The notes under the pieces are model-generated. The model had not been told where the DNA came from and did no database searches. It saw nothing but the letters and a program-made list of their open reading frames with translations. From positions 971 to 64,970 of the forward strand of contig JAXGOR010000004.1 of NCBI GenBank assembly GCA_040767365.1: a stretch of 64,000 nucleotides of DNA, in the 5' to 3' direction. The stretch is from Clostridia bacterium. GTDB lineage: Bacteria > Bacillota > Clostridia > Saccharofermentanales > DTU023. Each line of letters starts with the position of its first letter. The first letter of the stretch is position 1. The translations under genes and the position numbers were made by a program. Below are positions 24,488 to 31,250 of this stretch, in pieces.

Positions 24488-25672
24488 TTAAAGCCGGGCG
24501 ACCCCCGAGTCCAGGGCCGCCTGGTAGACGGCCCTGGAGACGGCCTCCCTGAGCCTGGGATCCAGGGGATCCGGCAGGATCCGCTCCGCCGACAGGTCCT
24601 GGTCCCCGATCAGGTCCGCCAGGGCCTGGGCCGCCGCCTGCAGCATGGCCTGATTGATGTCGGAGGCCCTGGCGTCAAAGGCCCCGCGGAAGAGGCCGGG
24701 GAAGGCCAGGACATTGTTGATCTGGTTGGGGTAGTCCGACCGGCCCGTCGCGACCAGGGCCGCGCCCGCCTCCCTCGCGACCCTGGGGTCGATCTCCGGG
24801 TCGGGGTTGGCGCAGGCAAAGACAAGGGGCCCCGGGGCCATACGCTCGACCATGGCCCGGCTGACCAGGCCGGGGCCGGACAGGCCGATCAGGACTTCCG
24901 CCCCCTCCAGGGCCTGGGCCAGGTCACCTTTAACCCCCTCCTGGTTGGTCAGGGCGGCGACCGCCTCCTTGTCCGGATTCATCCCTTCCTGCCTGCCCGG
25001 GTAGAGCGTGCCCTCCCGGTCACAGAGGATGATCCGGCCGGCGCCGGAGGCCAGGAGGAGCCTGCTGGTGGCCAGGCCCGCCGCCCCAGCCCCGCTGATC
25101 ACGATCCGGACCTCCTCCAAAGTTTTCCCCGTCAGCCGGAGGGCATTGAGCAGGGCGGCCTGGACGACAACCGCCGTCCCATGCTGGTCATCGTGGAAGA
25201 CAGGAATATCGCAGAGGGCCTTCAACCTTCTCTCGATCTCAAAGCAACGGGGCGCCGAGATGTCCTCCAGATTGATCCCCCCGAAGCTGCCTGAAAGCAG
25301 GTAGATGGTCCGGACGATTTCATCGACATCCTTCGATTTTATGCAAAGGGGCAGGGCGTCAACAGCGCCCAGCTCCTTGAAGAGCACGCATTTCCCTTCC
25401 ATGACCGGCAGGGCGGCCTCCGGGCCGATATCACCCAGGCCCAGGACAGCCGTCCCGTCCGTCACCACCAGGCAGAGGTTCCAGCGCCGGGTGTAGTCAT
25501 AGGATTTCCTGGGATCCCGGGCGATCTCCAGGCAGGGGGCGGCCACCCCCGGCGTGTAGGCCAGGGACAGGTCCTCCCCTGTCGCCAGTGAAACCCGTGT
25601 TTTAATCTCGAATTTGCCCCGCCAGCCGGCATGGGCCTTGAGGGAGTCTTCCCCATAATTCCTTTTCGCCAT
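24488..25672 (-). CDS. NAD(P)-dependent malic enzyme (oxaloacetate-decarboxylating malate dehydrogenase)
   Basis: 394 aa with …LAYTPGVA…, …FHDDQHGTA… and …GAGAAG… motifs. SD GAGGAGG. Confidence 0.9.
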   Translation of the reverse strand: MAKRNYGEDSLKAHAGWRGKFEIKTRVSLATGEDLSLAYTPGVAAPCLEIARDPRKSYDYTRRWNLCLVVTDGTAVLGLGDIGPEAALPVMEGKCVLFKELGAVDALPLCIKSKDVDEIVRTIYLLSGSFGGINLEDISAPRCFEIERRLKALCDIPVFHDDQHGTAVVVQAALLNALRLTGKTLEEVRIVISGAGAAGLATSRLLLASGAGRIILCDREGTLYPGRQEGMNPDKEAVAALTNQEGVKGDLAQALEGAEVLIGLSGPGLVSRAMVERMAPGPLVFACANPDPEIDPRVAREAGAALVATGRSDYPNQINNVLAFPGLFRGAFDARASDINQAMLQAAAQALADLIGDQDLSAERILPDPLDPRLREAVSRAVYQAALDSGVARL

Positions 25673-25792
25673 CCTTGACCTCCTCTTGACCAGGGAACCC
25701 GGATCCGGGCGTCCACCCCGTCCACGATAGCACAGCCCCTCCGGGCCGGCCGCCGTTGCGCGGCCCCCTCTCTCATGCTAGTATAAAAAAGG

Positions 25793-25824
25793 TTATAATT
25801 ATTACGATATTAGAATGATTATAA
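25793..25824 (+). promoter_or_regulatory. Two adjacent 7-1-7 Per-box-like operators overlapping TATAAT hexamers
   Basis: TTATAATTATTACGA (25793-25807) and TTAGAATGATTATAA (25810-25824), compared with the B. subtilis PerR box TTATAATnATTATAA. TATAAT hexamers lie at 25794-25799 and 25820-25825. Confidence 0.6.
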
Positions 25825-25900
25825 TTCTAATGACGTAAGGGCAAGCCTGCTGTCGTCCGCGGGGACGATGACGGGAAACGCATGAAGAAAGGAAGATACT

Positions 25901-26509
25901 ATGCCAATGGTAGGAAAACCTGCCCCCATGTTCAAGGCGATGGCTTTTCATGAGGGCAAATTCAAGAAGGTCAAGCTGGAGGACTACAAAGATCAATGGG
26001 TTATGATTTGTTTCTATCCCGGCGATTTCACCTTTGTCTGAGCGACTGAGGTGGCTGCAGTTGCAGCAAGGTATGAAGAATTTGAGGCCCTGGGCGTACA
26101 GGTACTGTCCATCTCGGTTGACAGCGAGTTCGTCCATAAGATCTGGAACGATGTCGAACTGTCCAAAATCGCGGGCAAGGATGTCCCCTTCCCCATGCTT
26201 TCTGATTCATCCGGCGCCATCGGTGAACTCTTCGGGGTCTATGACCGCGAGGCCGGCGTCAACGTCAGGGGCCGCTTCCTGGTCGATCCCGACGGTGTGA
26301 TCCAGGCTATGGAAGTCCTGACACCGCCCGTCGGCCGAAATGTTTCCGAGGCCATCCGCCAGATCAAGGCCTACCAGCTGGTCCGCAGGACCAAGGGCGG
26401 GGAAGTCACTCCCTCAGGCTGGCAGGAGGGCGGCAAGACACTGAAGCCCGGGATCGGCCTTGTCGGCAAGATCGCCGATCATTGGACGGTCGCCGATTCC
26501 TACAAGTAG
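25901..26509 (+). CDS. prxU: peroxiredoxin (AhpC/Prx1 type) with in-frame TGA (selenocysteine) at the peroxidatic position, codon 47
   Basis: The ATG at 25901 reads [49 protein letters not shown](26039-26041)[28 protein letters not shown]... The same frame continues into ORF-track ORF 26051..26509. The TGA replaces the Cys of the FTFVCPTE motif. Confidence 0.8.
26054..26067 (+). promoter_or_regulatory. Candidate bacterial SECIS apical hairpin
   Basis: GCUGC-AGUU-GCAGC starts 12 nt after the UGA. The loop G/U lie at +22 to +24 from the U of UGA. Confidence 0.45.
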
Positions 26510-26545
26510 GGATCGCCCCTTTGTAGGGACAGGGAGGCTGGACGC

Positions 26546-26956
26546 GTGATCCGGAATACGGTCGATCTTCTGAAAGATCACGGGATCAATCCTTCGAGCC
26601 AGAGGGTCAGGATCTACGACTATCTGGCGACTTCGGAGGACCACCCGACCGTTGATGACATCTACGCCCACTTGCAGAGGGAGGGTCATCTCTTTTCGCG
26701 CGCGACCGTCTACAACACGGTCAAGCTTTTCCTGAAGAAAGGATTGATCCGGACTGTCAGGGTCGAGGAGAAGGAGATGCGGTTCGATGCCGCCCCCGGC
26801 TTTCACGCCCACTTCAAATGTGGGAACTGTGGCGCCATCCTCGACATCGAGACGGAGAGGCCCCGACTCAAGGGTCACCCAGACTATGAGGTGCATGAGA
26901 CCAGCCTGGTCTTTGAGGGCCTCTGCCCTGACTGCCTTGAAAAAGAGGCGGACTGA
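26546..26956 (+). CDS. perR: Fur family transcriptional regulator, PerR-like
   Basis: 136 aa with a winged helix (SRATVYNTVKLF), HAHFKCGNCG and GLCPDC zinc motifs. GTG start 9 nt after GGGAGG, 37 nt downstream of the peroxiredoxin. Confidence 0.75.
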   Translation: MIRNTVDLLKDHGINPSSQRVRIYDYLATSEDHPTVDDIYAHLQREGHLFSRATVYNTVKLFLKKGLIRTVRVEEKEMRFDAAPGFHAHFKCGNCGAILDIETERPRLKGHPDYEVHETSLVFEGLCPDCLEKEAD

Positions 26957-26982
26957 CGGTCCCCGGCTCCCTGACTTACCTG

Positions 26983-27008
26983 GTCCCCGGCCGGCAACGG
27001 CCGGGGAC
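26983..27008. terminator. Hairpin terminator between convergent perR and the 5'-nucleotidase gene
   Basis: GTCCCCGGCCG-GCAA-CGGCCGGGGAC followed by TT. Confidence 0.65.
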
Positions 27009-27010
27009 TT

Positions 27011-28486
27011 CTATCTGTCCTCAAGCACAGCGGCCAGTTTGATCCGCCCGTCCCGCCGGTTGCGGGGGATCTTGTGCTTTCGGAAATATTCGATCAGGTT
27101 GTCCTGGGCCGAGGTGCTGACAACGCGGACCCGGCCTTTCAAGGCGATCTCCTCCTGGCTGATGCCGAAGTTGTCGGCGATGATCCCGTAATGGTACTCC
27201 TGCATGGCGATCCTGTACTCCCCGTCCGGATCCAGGGGGGCCCCCTTCATGAGGACCTGGCCCAGCTCCCCCGTCGCCTCCACCTCAACCCTCAGGTCAC
27301 GGTTCCATTGATAGAATTCGCGTGTGCCGGCCTGGTAGAGCGAGCGCATGAGGTGCCCCAGCATGGCGCGCAGGGTCCTCCCATCAACCGTGAAGCTGAT
27401 CATGGCCTCGTCGTAGGGGTAGATCTCCATGAGATCGGAGCGGGAGACAAGGGCCTGGAGCTTGGGCTTCCTGATGGAACCGGAGGCGACGAAGACCAGG
27501 TCGACCCCCAGCTGGTAGCTGAGGATATCGGAAAAGAGATTGCCCAGCTCCGTCTCCCGGAAGCGGTTGCCATGCTCCATCTCATGGGGGAGGCGGCAGA
27601 TCACGGTATTGTACTTGTCGTCAATCTCCTGCTGGTATTCCGTAAGCAGCTGGTCCATGACAGGGTCATTGGGGCAGTGGGAGTCATCGATGGGGACAGC
27701 CTCCCAGATGAAGTCATGGACGGAGTTGCTGTCCATGTTGATCGTGAGGTCGAAGCGGCCCAGAAAATCCGTCCCCGAACCCACCTGGGCGATCAGGATG
27801 TCATTCACCTTCTCGGGTTGCTCCAGGAGGGTATGGCTGTGTCCCCCGATGATGAGATCGACCCCCAGCTCGGGCGGGAGCAGGGCGGCCAACCGCTTGT
27901 CCTGGTCGAAACCGATATGGGTCAGGAGGACCGTCAGGTCGATGTCGACATCCTTGTAGCTGTTGCAGATATACTCCACCTCCTCGGCGGCGTCCTCGAT
28001 GCTGATGAAGGTCCCGAGCAGGGCCTCGCTCTTGCTCTTGGCCAGGACCTCCTCGGTGATGATGCCGATGAAGAGGATCCGGATACCGTCCAGCTCCAGG
28101 ATATGGTAGGGCTTGAAGAGATTGGACCCGGTGGGCTTGATATAGAGATTGGCGTTGACGATGGGGAAGTTGGCGCAGCGCTCCAGGAACATGAGGTGGG
28201 CGAAACCGTAGTCCATCTCATGGTTGCCCAGGGTCACCACGTCAGGCTCCAGCATGTTCATGACCAGGATGGTCGATATCCCCCGGTATTCCTGGTCGAT
28301 GATCGAACCCTGGAGCATGTCCCCTGAGATGACGTAGAGGACGGGGTCGGTCTCCTCCTCCCGCGTCTTGTGTACATAGCCGGAGAGCCGGCTCATGCCA
28401 CCCACCATCTTGTCGTGGGTCTCCTTGGCAAAGAAGTTGCCATGCATATCGTTCGAATGCAGTAAAACCAAGCGCCGCAGTTCCAT
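27011..28486 (-). CDS. bifunctional metallophosphatase/5'-nucleotidase
   Basis: MELRRLVLLHSNDMHGNFF..., GNHEMDYG, a C-terminal 5'-nucleotidase domain and no signal peptide. ATG at 28486 with GGGGGAG upstream. Confidence 0.85.
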   Translation of the reverse strand: MELRRLVLLHSNDMHGNFFAKETHDKMVGGMSRLSGYVHKTREEETDPVLYVISGDMLQGSIIDQEYRGISTILVMNMLEPDVVTLGNHEMDYGFAHLMFLERCANFPIVNANLYIKPTGSNLFKPYHILELDGIRILFIGIITEEVLAKSKSEALLGTFISIEDAAEEVEYICNSYKDVDIDLTVLLTHIGFDQDKRLAALLPPELGVDLIIGGHSHTLLEQPEKVNDILIAQVGSGTDFLGRFDLTINMDSNSVHDFIWEAVPIDDSHCPNDPVMDQLLTEYQQEIDDKYNTVICRLPHEMEHGNRFRETELGNLFSDILSYQLGVDLVFVASGSIRKPKLQALVSRSDLMEIYPYDEAMISFTVDGRTLRAMLGHLMRSLYQAGTREFYQWNRDLRVEVEATGELGQVLMKGAPLDPDGEYRIAMQEYHYGIIADNFGISQEEIALKGRVRVVSTSAQDNLIEYFRKHKIPRNRRDGRIKLAAVLEDR

Positions 28487-28794
28487 TCCCCACTCCCCCT
28501 TCCACCCGCGCCCTGCCTGGGTCGGGACCGGATGTTTGCAATTCATTTGATACTAGCATAAGGGAATCCGGCCCGCGCATGGTCCATGGTGATGGGGACT
28601 TGCCAATCCTGGAACAATGGCTGATAATCAGTATGTGTTTTTTGTGTATGGATGAGTCATATGTAACATTGCCTGAACCGGTTTCCGGATGCGCCCCTTT
28701 GACAAGGTTATCCTGATGATTTTACGACGCCGCCCGCGCCGGTTGACTGACCATGTCCCTGACTCCGCCATCTTCAAAATCGAAGGAGGAGAAC

Positions 28795-29313
28795 ATGTCG
28801 CAACCTTGTCAATGCAAGACCCTCTCTGATGACGACCCCAGATACGAGGAATTACGGGCCTTCATAGAGAATGAGGAGAATAAGCAGGGAGTGGCTATGA
28901 CGGCCCTGCAGGAAGCGCAGCGCCTTTTTGGCTACCTGCCGCTGGAGGTCCACAAGTTCATCTCCAGCGAAACCGGGGTTCCCATCGCGGAACTCTACGG
29001 TGTCACCACCTTTTACAGCCAGTTCACCACCGTTCCCGAGGGGCAGCACCAGGTGCAGGTCTGTATGGGGACGGCTTGCTATGTGAAGGGCGCCCAGAAG
29101 GTGCTGGACAAGGTGGTCGAAGAGCTTGGCGTCGGGGTCGGCATGACAACGGAGGACCGTGTGTTCACCATCAATGCCGCCCGCTGTCTCGGTTGTTGCG
29201 GACTGGCCCCGGTCATGATGATTGACGGGGATGTCTACGCCAACCTGGACGATGTCGATGAGATCCCCTGCATTCTCGCCAATTACCGCAGAAGCAAGGT
29301 TTCAACTAAATAG
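28795..29313 (+). CDS. hydC: [FeFe]-hydrogenase NuoE-like [2Fe-2S] subunit
   Basis: CMGTACYVKG...CLGCCGLAP thioredoxin-like 2Fe-2S motif. ATG at 28795 follows AAGGAGG. Confidence 0.85.
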   Translation: MSQPCQCKTLSDDDPRYEELRAFIENEENKQGVAMTALQEAQRLFGYLPLEVHKFISSETGVPIAELYGVTTFYSQFTTVPEGQHQVQVCMGTACYVKGAQKVLDKVVEELGVGVGMTTEDRVFTINAARCLGCCGLAPVMMIDGDVYANLDDVDEIPCILANYRRSKVSTK

Positions 29314-29325
29314 AGGGGGCGGCAC

Positions 29326-31233
29326 ATGGATAAGCTGATGAAGAAGGAAGAGATGGGCGGCCGACTGGAGCCCCTGGCTTCCAGGGAAGCCCTGGACCGT
29401 CTGCGTGACGAATGGAAGGGGAAGCTGGAAAGGCCCGAACAGATCCGGGTGGTGGTCGGCATGGCCACCTGCGGCATCTCGGCCGGCGCCAGGCAGGTCT
29501 ACCAGGCCTTCTCCGAGGAATTCAAAAAACGTGGCCTGGACCAGGTCACCCTGGAAGAGGTGGGCTGTATCGGCATGTGCGTTTACGAGCCCATCGTCGA
29601 GGTCTATGAGGCCGGCAAGGACAAGGTCTCCTATATCCACGTCGACCCTTCTAAAGTGTCGACCATCGTGGAGGAGCATATCCTGGGCGGCAGGCCCTGC
29701 CCCAAGCTGACCCTGGCCGGACTGGACGATGACAGCGTCCTGCCGGATTGCACCGGTTTCGACGACCTCCCCTTCTACCGTAAACAGAAGCGGATCGTCC
29801 TCCACAACTGCGGTTTCATCAACCCGGAGGACGTCCGTGAATACATAGGCGTTGACGGCTACCAGGCCCTGGCCAAGGTCCTGACCGAGCTGTCACCCCA
29901 GGAAGTCATCGACCTGGTCTCCGCCTCCGGCCTCCGCGGCCGCGGCGGCGCCGGTTTCCCGACCGGCCTGAAATGGAAGTTCGCGGCCGACAACGAGGCA
30001 GATCAAAAATACATCATCTGCAACGCGGACGAGGGTGACCCGGGCGCCTTCATGGACCGGTCCGTCCTGGAGGGGGACCCGCACGCCATCATCGAAGCCC
30101 TGATCATCGGCGGCTACGCCATCGGGGCCTCCCAGGGCTGGCTCTATGTCCGGGCGGAATACCCGACTGCGGTCAAGCGCCTCCAGATCGCCATGGAGGA
30201 GGCCAAGGCCCTGGGCCTCCTGGGCAGGAATATCCTGAACAGCGGCTTTGACTTTGATATCCACATCCGCCTGGGGGCCGGCGCCTTTGTCTGCGGTGAG
30301 GAGACGGCCCTGATCGCCTCGATCGAGGGCAAGCGGGGCATGCCACGCAACAAGCCCCCCTTCCCCGCCAACAAGGGCCTCTGGGGCAAACCGACCATCA
30401 TCAATAATGTGGAGACCCTGGCCAATATCCCCGGCATCATCCGCCAGGGACCCGACTGGTTCCGGTCCATCGGGACGGAGAAGAGCTCCGGCACCAAGGT
30501 CTTCGCCCTGGGCGGCAAGATCACCAACACCGGCCTGGTTGAGGTTCCCATGGGGACCACCCTCCGCGAGGTCATCGAGGACATCGGGGGCGGCTGCCCC
30601 CATGGCAAGGAATTCAAGGCCGTCCAGACGGGCGGTCCTTCGGGCGGCTGCCTGACCCGGGAGGCCCTGGACGTCCCCATCGATTTCGATCGCCTGGTGG
30701 AACTGGGCTCCATGATGGGTTCGGGCGGCATGATCGTCATGGACGAGGACAACTGCATGGTCGACATCGCCCGCTTCTTCCTGGACTTCACCGTGGATGA
30801 GTCCTGCGGCCAGTGTGTCCCCTGCCGGGAAGGCACCAAGCGCATGCTGGAGATCCTGGACAAGATCACCTGCGGGGCCGCGGTCGAACAGGATCTGGAT
30901 GACCTGCTCGAGCTGGCCGGCAATATCAGCCTGACCTCGCTTTGCGCCCTGGGGCAGACCGCGCCCAACCCGGTCCTCTCCACCATGACGCATTTCATGG
31001 ACGAATACCGGGCCCACGTCATTGACAAAAGGTGTCCCTCCGGTGTCTGCCAGGACCTGCTCGGCTATACCATCAACGAGACCTGCCGCGGCTGTACCAA
31101 GTGCGTCCGCGTCTGTCCGGTCGACGCGATTTCGGGCAAGGTCAAGGAGCAGCACTACATTGACCAGGCGGTCTGCATCCGCTGCGGCGCCTGTTTCGAG
31201 GTCTGCCCCTTCGACTCGATCGATCGGCGCTAG
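29326..31233 (+). CDS. hydB: [FeFe]-hydrogenase NuoF-like flavoprotein subunit (FMN/NAD(P)H, Fe-S)
   Basis: 635 aa with GRGGAGFPTGLKWKF, ESCGQCVPCREG, an N-terminal 2Fe-2S domain and two C-terminal CxxCxxCxxxCP ferredoxin motifs. Confidence 0.9.
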   Translation: MDKLMKKEEMGGRLEPLASREALDRLRDEWKGKLERPEQIRVVVGMATCGISAGARQVYQAFSEEFKKRGLDQVTLEEVGCIGMCVYEPIVEVYEAGKDKVSYIHVDPSKVSTIVEEHILGGRPCPKLTLAGLDDDSVLPDCTGFDDLPFYRKQKRIVLHNCGFINPEDVREYIGVDGYQALAKVLTELSPQEVIDLVSASGLRGRGGAGFPTGLKWKFAADNEADQKYIICNADEGDPGAFMDRSVLEGDPHAIIEALIIGGYAIGASQGWLYVRAEYPTAVKRLQIAMEEAKALGLLGRNILNSGFDFDIHIRLGAGAFVCGEETALIASIEGKRGMPRNKPPFPANKGLWGKPTIINNVETLANIPGIIRQGPDWFRSIGTEKSSGTKVFALGGKITNTGLVEVPMGTTLREVIEDIGGGCPHGKEFKAVQTGGPSGGCLTREALDVPIDFDRLVELGSMMGSGGMIVMDEDNCMVDIARFFLDFTVDESCGQCVPCREGTKRMLEILDKITCGAAVEQDLDDLLELAGNISLTSLCALGQTAPNPVLSTMTHFMDEYRAHVIDKRCPSGVCQDLLGYTINETCRGCTKCVRVCPVDAISGKVKEQHYIDQAVCIRCGACFEVCPFDSIDRR

Positions 31234-31250
31234 GAAGGAAGGAGTCCCCT

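Noticed and set aside
26039-26041. Alternative explanations for the in-frame TGA: a genetic code with TGA as Trp or Gly, or a simple pseudogene.
   Set aside because: Many well-defined genes in the window terminate at TGA at the expected homologous end, so TGA is a stop in this organism. The flanks on both sides of the TGA are perfectly conserved Prx sequence in one frame with no other lesion. The codon coincides with the redox-active Cys, which is the hallmark of Sec and not of decay. A sequencing error (TGC/TGT to TGA) cannot be excluded from sequence alone.
25802-26137. 111-aa ORF on the minus strand across the peroxiredoxin 5' region, with smaller ORFs at 26014..26220 and 26028..26210.
   Set aside because: It is antisense to the conserved Prx N-terminus and runs through the Per-box promoter. 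Its existence is a by-product of the ORF caller stopping at the TGA (Sec) codon on the plus strand.
28547-28794. Rex operator (TTGTGAAnnnnTTCACAA-like) upstream of the hyd operon, and also upstream of ptb.
   Set aside because: Only loose T/G-rich matches were found (TTTGTGTATGG...). No inverted repeat of acceptable quality is present.
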